Shown here piece by piece: positions 1-7,539 of a stretch of DNA of 21,344 bases. Source of the stretch: a phage. Position numbers and translations under genes: made by a program. Below the pieces are notes generated by a model. It saw nothing but the letters and a program-made list of their open reading frames with translations. It was not told the origin of the DNA and made no database searches. Numbering within the stretch: position 1 is the first letter of the stretch; every line of letters begins with the position of its first letter. The stretch lies in NCBI GenBank assembly GCA_014630515.1, contig GCA_014630515.1_4091.1; one strand, 5' to 3'.

Positions 1-136
1 ATCTACCCTGATAGTTTGTTCCCAATGTAATCAAAAGGTATAACTCCATTCGTTCTACGTGTGTGTCTGTATTATAAATCTTTGTGAAGTTTTTACGTAA
101 CAGTGATTGATATTCTTCTTTATTTAAAATACGCAT
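1..136 (-). CDS. hypothetical small protein, partial (3' part beyond left edge); paralog of 139..335
   Basis: ATG at 134-136 (alternative ATG 140-142 overlaps TGA of upstream gene as ATGA); N-terminus MRILNKEEYQSLL mirrors MRILTKEQHH of 139..335; both genes begin ATGCGTATTTTAA. Confidence 0.5.
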   Translation of the reverse strand, partial: MRILNKEEYQSLLRKNFTKIYNTDTHVERMELYLLITLGTNYQGR

Positions 137-138
137 TT

Positions 139-335
139 TCATAGTTTACTCGTTATATCTTCAATTAAATACCAAATCCAATCGTTGACATACCTTTCCT
201 GAAAGTTAGTTCCAATGAATAGTGCCATAATTAATTCACGCTTATAGGCAATACCACGGTCATGGGACTTATACATTATCATAGCCATGTTATTGATAAG
301 TCTTTCGTGGTGCTGTTCTTTAGTTAAAATACGCA
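139..335 (-). CDS. hypothetical small protein (65 aa), MRIL family
   Basis: ATG 333-335 with AAGGGAG SD 5 nt upstream; track start 366 lies at the transcription start; stop TGA 139-141. Confidence 0.65.
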
Positions 336-366
336 TAGGGACTCCCTTAAAATTATTATCGATCAT

Positions 367-394
367 ATTTTATACGATTCATATAAAAAGTCAA
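367..394 (-). promoter_or_regulatory. sigma70-type promoter for 139..335
   Basis: minus strand TTGACT, 16-bp spacer, TAAAAT. Confidence 0.45.
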
Positions 395-585
395 TAACAT
401 TTTATTCGTAATACCCCTTTATCGAAGTCGCTAAGGTTACCCGCCCTTTAGCCCCCTACGCATTTTGCCATAGTCCAATCCCTTTTATTTCAAAAAAGTC
501 AAGGGATTACCTATGCATTTTTTTAACGCATAATTTTAAAAACGCCTTGACTTTTTTCTGAATCAGTACTAAATCCTTTTACGCA

Positions 586-795
586 TTAATCCTTCGTTAC
601 GCTTACGATTATCTGTGTATCCCCATAGTCCTGCCATACTTCCACGCCAGCCGTCGCCCTGGTTAGTCGTGCTGTCATCTGCTTAATGGTCTTAGGCTTT
701 AGTGGAACCTGTTGCAGTACTGTACGCATAGCATCACTGACATTATCATGTACGCCAGCAATCGTACCTAGAACGCTGTATACTGTATAGAACAT
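586..795 (-). CDS. hypothetical protein (69 aa)
   Basis: ATG 793-795; AGGAGGG SD 8 nt upstream; no promoter between it and 864..1265, so probably co-transcribed. Confidence 0.7.
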   Translation of the reverse strand: MFYTVYSVLGTIAGVHDNVSDAMRTVLQQVPLKPKTIKQMTARLTRATAGVEVWQDYGDTQIIVSVTKD

Positions 796-819
796 ATGTA
801 TGCCCTCCTGATATAGTTA

Positions 820-839
820 AGGCCGCTAGAGAGCGGCCT
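820..839 (-). other. intergenic RNA stem-loop (8-bp stem, loop CTCT)
   Basis: perfect inverted repeat AGGCCGCT/AGCGGCCT between stop of 864..1265 and SD of 586..795; poor U tract, so attenuator or stability element rather than strong terminator. Confidence 0.45.
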
Positions 840-863
840 ATGATGTTTGGTGATGTGTAATGC

Positions 864-1265
864 TTATAGTCCTAAGATAGTGCGTGCTTCGTTACGTTCC
901 GTCCATAGCTGCATGATGTGAGCAAGTAAGTCCTTACTAATGTATCCGGTGTTCATAGCTTCACGGATAGATACATCATAAGCACCGAACCCCGTGCGAA
1001 CGATACGCACATCATTTAGGTTAGTGTTATAGATACCGCCAAGATCAACGGCTTCGAATACTGCATCAACTGAATACTCATTGTTACCATCGTTGAAGTT
1101 TTCTAGTGCAATAGTATTGGATACCGCCCAACGTTTGCAGTTTCCAATGATGCGGCATTGTTCCGGTTGGAGAGTACCATTACTTACAGCGTACTCCAGT
1201 GCATCTTTACCAAAAGTCCGAGCCAGTACTAAAACGTCAGCGAAGGAAGTGATTGAGAAGGTCAT
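864..1265 (-). CDS. hypothetical protein (133 aa)
   Basis: ATG 1263-1265; AAGGAG SD 7 nt upstream; track start 1298 lies inside the 5' stem-loop. Confidence 0.7.
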   Translation of the reverse strand: MTFSITSFADVLVLARTFGKDALEYAVSNGTLQPEQCRIIGNCKRWAVSNTIALENFNDGNNEYSVDAVFEAVDLGGIYNTNLNDVRIVRTGFGAYDVSIREAMNTGYISKDLLAHIMQLWTERNEARTILGL

Positions 1266-1319
1266 GATAAAACTCCTTAATTTAGGAGGGAGAACCATTT
1301 CCCCCTCTCTATGTAAAAC

Positions 1320-1347
1320 ATTATACTTGATTCTAAGTACAATGCAA
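1320..1347 (-). promoter_or_regulatory. early sigma70-type promoter with 5' stem-loop cassette
   Basis: minus strand TTGCAT, 16 bp, TATAAT; GC stem-loop ~1283-1308 then SD. Confidence 0.6.
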
Positions 1348-1354
1348 GTACTTT

Positions 1355-1681
1355 TTACATTTTAATTCCTGGATTCAGGTAACGATGTGATCCGTATTCT
1401 GGATCGGTTTCGGTCCAGTACTGTAAATCGATAGTACCTTTAGCGTTAATCTTGTCTACCAGCTTATTCATCTTACTGTAGACTACTTCGCTAGGGATGT
1501 AGTGTAATCCTTTATTATAGAAGTAGTGGTTAGCTTCACTATCGTTTAAGATATAGCGTGCACCGTTTGCGGTTTGTGCAACAATGAAAGAGTATTCTAC
1601 TTCCCGATCATTACCATCAACAGTAATGCGGTCGAAATTGGTACGGATGAAAGCTTTAACGATAGCGATTGAAGTACTCAT
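1355..1681 (-). CDS. hypothetical protein (108 aa)
   Basis: ATG 1679-1681; AGGAG SD 8 nt upstream; stop abuts -35 of next promoter. Confidence 0.7.
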   Translation of the reverse strand: MSTSIAIVKAFIRTNFDRITVDGNDREVEYSFIVAQTANGARYILNDSEANHYFYNKGLHYIPSEVVYSKMNKLVDKINAKGTIDLQYWTETDPEYGSHRYLNPGIKM

Positions 1682-1734
1682 GGTGAATCTCCTAACTTTG
1701 TGGGCCGTCGCACCATTGCCGCCCTACGAGATAC

Positions 1735-1763
1735 ATTATTGCAGTACTGATATACTTTGTCAA
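1735..1763 (-). promoter_or_regulatory. early sigma70-type promoter
   Basis: minus strand TTGACA, 17 bp, AATAAT (weaker -10); GC stem-loop in leader. Confidence 0.5.
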
Positions 1764-1781
1764 TACTTTTTCTATTAAAAT

Positions 1782-1997
1782 TTATTTACAGAACTGTAGC
1801 CCGACTGTGTTCGGATAGTACACACATCTTTCACGCTTACCGCTAAACGCAGATATCCAGGATAATTTGTATGCCACTGGTTCCGGTGCAAGAGGATTAT
1901 TTGAATAATCGAGAACTTTAACAATTAAACGGTCCCCAACATACCAGCCAGTTGACTCTTTGATACGGTCGATAATTTCTTGTTTGGTTAACGCCAT
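1782..1997 (-). CDS. hypothetical protein (71 aa)
   Basis: ATG 1995-1997 (MALTKQ); track start is a GTG at 2030 inside the leader stem-loop; SD weak. Confidence 0.55.
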   Translation of the reverse strand: MALTKQEIIDRIKESTGWYVGDRLIVKVLDYSNNPLAPEPVAYKLSWISAFSGKRERCVYYPNTVGLQFCK

Positions 1998-2052
1998 TTT
2001 ATATCTCGCTCTTTTGGAGGTGGGCTGCACTATTGCCGCCCTACGAGATACA

Positions 2053-2080
2053 TTATCTCAGTACTGATATACTTTGTCAA
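2053..2080 (-). promoter_or_regulatory. early sigma70-type promoter
   Basis: minus strand TTGACA, 16 bp, GATAAT. Confidence 0.55.
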
Positions 2081-2155
2081 TACTTTTTTGAAATAGTTTT
2101 GAGTACTGGCATTACATCCACCAGCAGATAGTTACTCACCGTTATTAACTATCTT

Positions 2156-2243
2156 ATAGATACTTCTCTGCACCCTGTGGGCTAGTTTTTGTCTATGCGT
2201 ATATAATAGCAAAGGGACTGACCGGAGTCAATCCCTTTTTTTT
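2156..2243 (-). repeat. repeat element A: conserved leader motif, embedded promoter, GC hairpin with T-run
   Basis: core GCACCCTGTGGGCT; TATATAATAGCAAAGGGACTGACCGGAGTCAATCCC hairpin followed by T8 on plus strand; minus-strand TTGACT, 17 bp, TATTAT overlaps the hairpin; near-identical copies at ~4075, ~7076, ~11806. Confidence 0.6.
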
Positions 2244-2254
2244 ATTCTTTTTTG

Positions 2255-2455
2255 TTAGATGATTCTCCAATCTTCTACCAGGATTTTAATATACCGTACC
2301 AGTGATTCGAGTGATTCCACTTCCCGATAATCGGTAGCCGTTTGCACTGTACAAGTACAGCCGATCAAGCCATTGCCAAGCTCTTTGATCTGTACATCGA
2401 TGCAGTTGGCTTTTGCTTCATTCAGTACTGCAACCAATTCGTTAGCGATTGACAT
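2255..2455 (-). CDS. hypothetical protein (66 aa)
   Basis: ATG 2453-2455; AGGAG SD 9 nt upstream; stop TAA 2255-2257. Confidence 0.7.
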   Translation of the reverse strand: MSIANELVAVLNEAKANCIDVQIKELGNGLIGCTCTVQTATDYREVESLESLVRYIKILVEDWRII

Positions 2456-2508
2456 AATGTTTTACTCCTAAAGGTGCGGGAGAACTATTCCCCCGCTCTA
2501 TGTAAAAC

Positions 2509-2536
2509 ATTATACATTATCTTGTAGTACTGTCAA
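2509..2536 (-). promoter_or_regulatory. early sigma70-type promoter with 5' stem-loop
   Basis: minus strand TTGACA, 16 bp, TATAAT; leader hairpin GCGGG..CCCGC. Confidence 0.6.
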
Positions 2537-2543
2537 ATAGTTT

Positions 2544-2801
2544 TTATGAAATATCTTCGATATAGTCGGCCCATGTCATTTGTTCAGTACTATCGAGTGC
2601 ACCAGGATTATTTGGATCAAACCATTCGCCATCCCCTAAGTACATTGCAGCCGCTACCGCTTTATAGCCATTATAGGCGTTATTCCACTGCATAGCACGA
2701 TAGATACGGCCTTTGATTGGTGTCTGTACTGGTAATGTTTTATGGTCTTCTACGTAGGCCATAGCTTGAGGATTTACCCGATATTGTGTGAACTGTTCCA
2801 T
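2544..2801 (-). CDS. hypothetical protein (85 aa)
   Basis: ATG 2799-2801 with GGGGA SD; track start 2858 lies inside the promoter. Confidence 0.65.
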   Translation of the reverse strand: MEQFTQYRVNPQAMAYVEDHKTLPVQTPIKGRIYRAMQWNNAYNGYKAVAAAMYLGDGEWFDPNNPGALDSTEQMTWADYIEDIS

Positions 2802-2826
2802 TATGTTTCCCCTTGTAGTTAGTAAA

Positions 2827-2858
2827 GTTATTACATCAGTACTATCACGCATTGTCAA
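2827..2858 (-). promoter_or_regulatory. early sigma70-type promoter
   Basis: minus strand TTGACA with TGTAAT/TAATAA -10 candidates 17-20 bp downstream. Confidence 0.45.
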
Positions 2859-2876
2859 TAGTACTGAAATAAAACT

Positions 2877-3101
2877 TTAGATTAGATTATTGATGCCGTT
2901 GATGGTAGACTCGCTTTCTTCTTTCTCCCATTGGCGGTAATACTTCCATGCTTCATGATAGGTGGCGATCAGTTCATCTTTTTGATCCTGAGTACATGCC
3001 AGTACTGAATCACTGTAAGCGGTGTTATAGATAGAATCAAATGATTTCTTCTCTTCTGCCAGGGTAGCTACTTCCCGCATCAGTTCATCAAAGTTAGCCA
3101 T
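2877..3101 (-). CDS. hypothetical protein (74 aa)
   Basis: ATG 3099-3101; AAGGAG SD 8 nt upstream. Confidence 0.7.
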   Translation of the reverse strand: MANFDELMREVATLAEEKKSFDSIYNTAYSDSVLACTQDQKDELIATYHEAWKYYRQWEKEESESTINGINNLI

Positions 3102-3149
3102 TTTAGTACTCCTTATTAGTGGGGGAGGATATCTCCCCCTATGTAAAAC

Positions 3150-3177
3150 ATTATACTTTGTTTTACTTACAATGCAA
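3150..3177 (-). promoter_or_regulatory. early sigma70-type promoter with 5' stem-loop
   Basis: minus strand TTGCAT, 16 bp, TATAAT; leader hairpin GGGGGAG-gatat-CTCCCCC. Confidence 0.6.
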
Positions 3178-3184
3178 GTACTTT

Positions 3185-3376
3185 TTAAATTTTATTTCCG
3201 ATATAGTCCGGCCTGTTCTTTTCGGTCATACGCTTAAGCATTTTTTGCATATGGCTTATTGCTTGTAGTGTATCCTCTTCCAGCGATGAATCAAGATAAT
3301 CAGGATCATTCTTCACCTTACAATGATTATGATAGCGTAGTACTGCCAGTACTTTTTTAACTTCTTCTACTGTCAT
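3185..3376 (-). CDS. hypothetical protein (63 aa)
   Basis: ATG 3374-3376 overlaps TGA of 3373..3645 (ATGA), consistent with translational coupling. Confidence 0.6.
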   Translation of the reverse strand: MTVEEVKKVLAVLRYHNHCKVKNDPDYLDSSLEEDTLQAISHMQKMLKRMTEKNRPDYIGNKI

Positions 3377-3645
3377 AATAAGTATTCCACTTCGTTTGCT
3401 TTCAGGTTAGTATCAATCATCAGTGGTTTTTTGTAGTCCACAAAACGATTAGTTTTCTCGATAGCGAAGCCCATATAATCCAGTTTGCTTACAGTACATT
3501 CATTCTTAAAAACTTCTTTCGCTGCATTGATGGCTGATTCAATTGATAACCGCCCATCTAAATTAATGTTACCAAATGATCCACCAGCAGAAGTAGGATT
3601 ACCGTTCATATCTTTAATAATCATAGTAGCGGAGTAGCTGGACAT
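3373..3645 (-). CDS. hypothetical protein (90 aa)
   Basis: ATG 3643-3645; AAGGA SD. Confidence 0.7.
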   Translation of the reverse strand: MSSYSATMIIKDMNGNPTSAGGSFGNINLDGRLSIESAINAAKEVFKNECTVSKLDYMGFAIEKTNRFVDYKKPLMIDTNLKANEVEYLL

Positions 3646-3698
3646 AATTTTGTTTCCTTTTATTGGTGGGGAGAGCTATTCTCCCCTTGATGTAAACT

Positions 3699-3726
3699 AT
3701 TATACAGTACTGATATACTTTGTCAA
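3699..3726 (-). promoter_or_regulatory. early sigma70-type promoter with 5' stem-loop
   Basis: minus strand TTGACA, 16 bp, TATAAT; leader hairpin GGGGAGA-gctat-TCTCCCC. Confidence 0.6.
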
Positions 3727-3729
3727 TAC

Positions 3730-3951
3730 TTAATTACGTTTAAAATGATATGTACCTTTATCATCCTGTACGCCCCATACTGATTTACCATCAACGCCAG
3801 TGATGCCGGATTGCAATTCAATATGGAAACCATTATTATCAACTACAAAAACTTTTTTATTTTCATCCCGATAACATTGATATTCTGAATCAACATTAAA
3901 GGCCGCATCATTCAGAAGATTGGAAGCGTAAATGCAAGTCATTGTAGTCAT
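3730..3951 (-). CDS. hypothetical protein (73 aa)
   Basis: ATG 3949-3951; AAGGA SD 8 nt upstream. Confidence 0.7.
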   Translation of the reverse strand: MTTMTCIYASNLLNDAAFNVDSEYQCYRDENKKVFVVDNNGFHIELQSGITGVDGKSVWGVQDDKGTYHFKRN

Positions 3952-4002
3952 GATTTTATTCCTTATTACCAGGGAGAACCATTTCCCCTCTCGATATAAA
4001 AC

Positions 4003-4030
4003 ATTATACTTGATTCTAAGTACAATGCAA
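4003..4030 (-). promoter_or_regulatory. early sigma70-type promoter
   Basis: minus strand TTGCAT, 16 bp, TATAAT. Confidence 0.6.
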
Positions 4031-4074
4031 GTACTTTTTTAAAATAGTTTTCAGTACTGAATACTTATATAATA

Positions 4075-4166
4075 GATACACTTCCGCACCCTATGGGTCA
4101 GTGAGTTATCTCTCAATGGATATATAATAGCAAAGGGACTGACCGGAGTCAATCCCTTTTTTAATC
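4075..4166 (-). repeat. repeat element B: conserved leader motif, embedded promoter, GC hairpin with T-run
   Basis: core GCACCCTATGGGTCAGTGAG; hairpin AAAGGGACTGACCGGAGTCAATCCC plus T6; minus-strand TTGACT, 17 bp, TATTAT (4124-4152). Confidence 0.6.
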
Positions 4167-4170
4167 TTTT

Positions 4171-4755
4171 TTATCGTGTTACCTTACTTGCTGCCACATC
4201 ACGCTTTTTATAGTACTGATTCCAGATATTGCTGGTTAAACCGTAATCAAGTACTTTAATAAGTCCATTACGATCCTGGCCGATATTCTGTTTTCTGATA
4301 TCTCTTATCGTTAGTGTTGATAATGTATCATCGACGTGTTGTAGTGCATCAGCAAAGCGGTGCTGGCGTTCAATGGCATTACGTTTAATATTGTACTTTA
4401 ATTCGTTGCACGCGTTAACGTGCTTCACACTGCCTTTGCTTGCAGTACTCAACCGATCCATAACGATAAACATATTATCAGGATCGCATAAATGCATATG
4501 CACCTTTGCAAAGTACTGTTTCAACTGAGGGCGGTCATAGTCTAAAAAATTCCATACCTTACATTCAGTTTCATTTTGTTCTACACCCGCATCACAATTC
4601 GCGACCTTAATCACTAACCGATCATTTAAAGCGAATACTATACGGGAAGAACCAGCACCGATGATCTCCAGGCCAGCTAACCGACAAGCTGAAAGGATCT
4701 CTTTGTTGGTTTCCATTTCTGACAGTGTACGGATGAATTTAGTATAATTACGCAT
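4171..4755 (-). CDS. protein-kinase-like protein (194 aa)
   Basis: ATG 4753-4755; AAGGAG SD 8 nt upstream; translation has glycine-rich IGAGSSR, lysine in VIKV, catalytic-loop-like IRDIRKQN and DFG-like VLDYG in the expected order. Confidence 0.6.
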   Translation of the reverse strand: MRNYTKFIRTLSEMETNKEILSACRLAGLEIIGAGSSRIVFALNDRLVIKVANCDAGVEQNETECKVWNFLDYDRPQLKQYFAKVHMHLCDPDNMFIVMDRLSTASKGSVKHVNACNELKYNIKRNAIERQHRFADALQHVDDTLSTLTIRDIRKQNIGQDRNGLIKVLDYGLTSNIWNQYYKKRDVAASKVTR

Positions 4756-4786
4756 TGCATGTTCTCCTTGAGTTAATGAAACTATA

Positions 4787-5029
4787 TTACAGTACTTTAC
4801 TATCAATGGCAACTACTTTTTTAACATTAACGGCGTGGATCACTTCCTTAGTGTTTTTAGTACTGAATACTTTCGCCGCTCCTTGTTCGACCGTGATGCG
4901 ATAGCGACCATTAACATCAACCATATTAATAAAGTCCGGCGTGCTGAATGGTGTTGTTTTACATTTCAGTACTGTTAACAGTTCCACCAGCGATGTAGTT
5001 TCTTTGATACGTTTTTCTAAAGTAATCAT
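4787..5029 (-). CDS. hypothetical protein (80 aa)
   Basis: ATG 5027-5029; GGGGGA SD; 31-nt gap to 4171..4755 without promoter, so co-transcribed; track start lies in leader. Confidence 0.65.
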   Translation of the reverse strand: MITLEKRIKETTSLVELLTVLKCKTTPFSTPDFINMVDVNGRYRITVEQGAAKVFSTKNTKEVIHAVNVKKVVAIDSKVL

Positions 5030-5057
5030 TTTGTTTCCCCCGTGTTGGTATATGTAC

Positions 5058-5086
5058 ATAGTACTAAAACATTTGAGTACTGTCAA
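5058..5086 (-). promoter_or_regulatory. sigma70-type promoter (TACTAT subtype)
   Basis: minus strand TTGACA, 17 bp, TACTAT; upstream stop codon abuts the -35. Confidence 0.5.
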
Positions 5087-5305
5087 TTAGATAATATTAT
5101 ATTTCTTAAAATAAAATGCGTCCTGTGTTGGTTGATACTCAATGCCATTGCCGTTATTGACTTCAACTAATAAACCTTTGTCAATAAGTTTTTTAATAGT
5201 ACGATACCCTTGTTGAAAATTGGTAAAATGTGAATCATTACGAAAGGTATAACCGTGCTTAACTGCTTCATCAATAGTTTTCTTTTCGATTTTAGATAAT
5301 TTCAT
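5087..5305 (-). CDS. hypothetical protein (72 aa)
   Basis: ATG 5303-5305; same promoter and leader as 4787..5029, which produces the identical artefactual N-termini in the track. Confidence 0.65.
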   Translation of the reverse strand: MKLSKIEKKTIDEAVKHGYTFRNDSHFTNFQQGYRTIKKLIDKGLLVEVNNGNGIEYQPTQDAFYFKKYNII

Positions 5306-5333
5306 TTTGTTTCTCCCGTGTTGGTATATGTAC

Positions 5334-5362
5334 ATAGTACTAAAACATTTGAGTACTGTCAA
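5334..5362 (-). promoter_or_regulatory. sigma70-type promoter (TACTAT subtype)
   Basis: minus strand TTGACA, 17 bp, TACTAT; duplicate of 5058-5086. Confidence 0.5.
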
Positions 5363-5613
5363 CGTGATATTAGTTTTATTTTCTTATTATATTGTTGGTG
5401 TTCATATAGGTTTATCTTTCCTGTGTTCTCTATTACTATTCTGTTGTTAGTGTCTACATCGATTACACGCAGTTTCCCGTTGCTTAACTTCCTTGGTAAT
5501 AGGTTACCATTAATAAACTCATTAGCAAGCTGTACGGCCTTTGTGATGATTCTCTGTGGTGCTTTATAGTGTACCCGTAAGATATTATCTTTATATAGTT
5601 GAACCTTAATCAT
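5359..5613 (-). CDS. hypothetical protein (84 aa)
   Basis: ATG 5611-5613; AGGAC SD; lies just downstream of the 5626-5652 terminator. Confidence 0.6.
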   Translation of the reverse strand: MIKVQLYKDNILRVHYKAPQRIITKAVQLANEFINGNLLPRKLSNGKLRVIDVDTNNRIVIENTGKINLYEHQQYNKKIKLISR

Positions 5614-5625
5614 TTTGTTTGTCCT

Positions 5626-5652
5626 ATAAAAAATGCGGGAACTGATCCCGCC
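5626..5652 (-). terminator. rho-independent terminator (minus strand)
   Basis: minus strand GCGGGA-tcagt-TCCCGC followed by ATTTTTTAT. Confidence 0.6.
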
Positions 5653-5674
5653 GTGTTGTTAGTACTGCAAGTTA

Positions 5675-6070
5675 TTAGATAACCTGGCGGCGTTTACTGA
5701 ATACTGTTACACGATTACCCTTACGGTCGTGTCGGATCTCTTTCTGGTTGCGAATCAGTTCACTTGGACGCTTAAGGTTTGCCAGGTGATCCGCGTGAGT
5801 CCATGCGGTGTGGTTTACCTGTACTTTGATATCAGAATCAGCGATAAATTCATCTTGTGCGTCAAGTATTGCCGCCAGCATATCCGCTCGTTTTAGTTCT
5901 GCTGCTGTCAGTACTGGCTCAGGTGAATTCACAATATCAGAGATTTCTTTGAACTGTACGGCCCAGCGTTGACCTTTCGGTGCATCTTTGCCCATGTCTT
6001 TAAATGCTGCTCCTTCCTCGCGTGCAACAATACGGGCAGCTTCACGGGTAGCGTAGAATTTAGTAATCAT
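5675..6070 (-). CDS. hypothetical protein (131 aa), paralog of 18533..18799
   Basis: ATG 6068-6070 with AGGA SD (ATG 6077-6079 also possible); shares ATRE.AR..AR..GA.FKDMG and HDRKGNRVTV blocks with 18533..18799. Confidence 0.65.
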   Translation of the reverse strand: MITKFYATREAARIVAREEGAAFKDMGKDAPKGQRWAVQFKEISDIVNSPEPVLTAAELKRADMLAAILDAQDEFIADSDIKVQVNHTAWTHADHLANLKRPSELIRNQKEIRHDRKGNRVTVFSKRRQVI

Positions 6071-6114
6071 GGTATACATCCTATTAGTTGAGTTAGTACT
6101 ACAAGTTAGAGTCT

Positions 6115-6143
6115 ATTATAAAGTACTATCTGGGCAATGTCAA
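6115..6143 (-). promoter_or_regulatory. early sigma70-type promoter
   Basis: minus strand TTGACA, 17 bp, TATAAT. Confidence 0.6.
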
Positions 6144-6165
6144 ATAGTACTTTAAATGGATTCTA

Positions 6166-6489
6166 TTACATGTCTTTCTTACGTTTTACATCGTGGTAGC
6201 GAACTGTTATTTCTTTGTTGATCTCTTCCTCGATGCGGTGAATAACTTTTTCTTTCGGGTTGAAACCTATAACGGTTTCTTTAATGATCTCCAAGCCCGT
6301 GTATTCGCCTTGTGTACCGTAACCGTATGTAAAGGTTTCGTGTCCCAGGTCTTCCCAGCGGTCGCCAATTAACGCAGACACGTAGCAAGAGTGGTAAGTA
6401 TTGCCGTTCCGATCAGTCCAGCGATTAACTTTAATGTCAAAGGAGGTTACAATTTTCAGTTCTACTTTCTGGGTAAGGATCATAGCCAT
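6166..6489 (-). CDS. hypothetical protein (107 aa), paralog of 13677..14021
   Basis: ATG 6487-6489; shares NTYHS/NTYFS, YGYG and C-terminal DVKRKKD with 13677..14021. Confidence 0.65.
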   Translation of the reverse strand: MAMILTQKVELKIVTSFDIKVNRWTDRNGNTYHSCYVSALIGDRWEDLGHETFTYGYGTQGEYTGLEIIKETVIGFNPKEKVIHRIEEEINKEITVRYHDVKRKKDM

Positions 6490-6545
6490 TTTTATTTCTC
6501 TCTCTTTGTTAGGAGGGGAACCATTCCCCTCGCTTGATGTAAACT

Positions 6546-6573
6546 ATTATACAGTACTAAGATACTTTGTCAA
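6546..6573 (-). promoter_or_regulatory. early sigma70-type promoter with 5' stem-loop
   Basis: minus strand TTGACA, 16 bp, TATAAT; leader hairpin GGGGAA-tgg-TTCCCC. Confidence 0.6.
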
Positions 6574-6576
6574 TAC

Positions 6577-6852
6577 TTAAGTATTGTAAATGTCGTGAAT
6601 AGTGATAAAGTTTTTACGACCGTAAACCTGCAAATCTGTATCAATAAAGTGCTTATCTAGTACATCCTCGACGCTTAACGCGGTGTCGTGGATATCTTCG
6701 TAGAATTGAGGATCTACAATCTTGCTTAAGTCATCCGGCGTTAACTTATCGTTAAGCCATTGTACCGCCTGGATATCTGCATCACGTTTCCATTGTTCCA
6801 GGTTAGTAGTCAGTACTTGTTCGATTTCGTTAGCTGTCAGTAGAATCCGCAT
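6577..6852 (-). CDS. hypothetical protein (91 aa)
   Basis: ATG 6850-6852; AAGGA SD. Confidence 0.7.
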   Translation of the reverse strand: MRILLTANEIEQVLTTNLEQWKRDADIQAVQWLNDKLTPDDLSKIVDPQFYEDIHDTALSVEDVLDKHFIDTDLQVYGRKNFITIHDIYNT

Positions 6853-6885
6853 TTTAATGTTTCCTTATCAGTGGTTGATGTAAGT

Positions 6886-6913
6886 ATTATACTCGTTTAC
6901 TTTCTATTGTCAA
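6886..6913 (-). promoter_or_regulatory. early sigma70-type promoter
   Basis: minus strand TTGACA, 16 bp, TATAAT. Confidence 0.6.
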
Positions 6914-7010
6914 ACTATTTTATCAGGGGAGTTTTTCGTGTGCCTTACTCCTGGGCTACTTAACGGGAAGTTACTTATTTCGTTCCCCGTCCTGATGTAA
7001 AACATTATAC
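6908..7010 (-). repeat. 103-bp duplicated block, copy 1 (non-coding leader between two promoters)
   Basis: identical to 18288-18390; no SD-preceded ORF; contains imperfect GGGAA/TTCCC and GGAG/CTCC inverted repeats. Confidence 0.6.
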
Positions 7011-7031
7011 TTGATTCTAAGTACAATGCAA
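7004..7031 (-). promoter_or_regulatory. early sigma70-type promoter
   Basis: minus strand TTGCAT, 16 bp, TATAAT; transcribes the duplicated block. Confidence 0.55.
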
Positions 7032-7075
7032 GTACTTTTTAAAAATAGTTTTCAGTACTAGCCACCAGCTAACAA

Positions 7076-7160
7076 TAGATACATTTATGCACCCGGTGGG
7101 CTGATTTGTTTCTATGCGTATATAATAGCAAAGGGACTGACCGGAGTCAATCCCTTTTTC
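7076..7160 (-). repeat. repeat element C: conserved leader motif, embedded promoter, GC hairpin with T-run
   Basis: core GCACCCGGTGGGCT; hairpin AAAGGGACTGACCGGAGTCAATCCC plus T5; minus-strand TTGACT, 17 bp, TATTAT (7122-7150). Confidence 0.6.
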
Positions 7161-7168
7161 AATTATTT

Positions 7169-7318
7169 TTAAACTTCTTTCGGGTTGCGATAGGTGATAG
7201 CGTTCGGGTACATTTGTTTAATGTTATTCCATGCCTGGTTAACATTGTAACCACTTGAGCGAATCAGTTGGTTACTACCGACACCTTGAAACACTACTTC
7301 GAATAAGAATTCTTTCAT
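7169..7318 (-). CDS. hypothetical small protein (49 aa), not in ORF track
   Basis: ATG 7316-7318 overlaps TGA of 7315..7488 (ATGA); AGGTGA SD 5 nt upstream; stop TAA 7169-7171. Confidence 0.5.
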   Translation of the reverse strand: MKEFLFEVVFQGVGSNQLIRSSGYNVNQAWNNIKQMYPNAITYRNPKEV

Positions 7319-7488
7319 GCTTTCACCTCGCGATCTGCTTTACCTTTACGCCAGGACATTACTAATTGTTCGCGTTGCCATAAGTCGAGTGATACAAAAA
7401 GTTTTGCGGTATCACTTTTAGGATACTCGCCATTAGTACCTAACCGATAAAACAGATCTTTCAGTACTGATAATTCTACTTGGATCAT
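7315..7488 (-). CDS. hypothetical protein (57 aa)
   Basis: ATG 7486-7488; AGGAA SD 6 nt upstream; track start 7590 lies in promoter. Confidence 0.6.
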   Translation of the reverse strand: MIQVELSVLKDLFYRLGTNGEYPKSDTAKLFVSLDLWQREQLVMSWRKGKADREVKA

Positions 7489-7539
7489 TATACTTTCCTC
7501 TTTGTTGGGAGGGGAACTATTCCCCTTCCGATATAAAAC

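Noticed and set aside
2211-2243. Hairpins of elements A-D as ordinary minus-strand terminators
   Set aside because: The T-run follows the stem on the plus strand, not the minus strand; on the minus strand only a weak TTTGCTATTAT tract follows, so they are annotated as part of the repeat elements and possible plus-strand or bidirectional terminators.
4075-4120. Self-cleaving ribozyme (hammerhead-type) in the conserved leader motif
   Set aside because: The CUGANGA and GAAA core elements are absent in both orientations.
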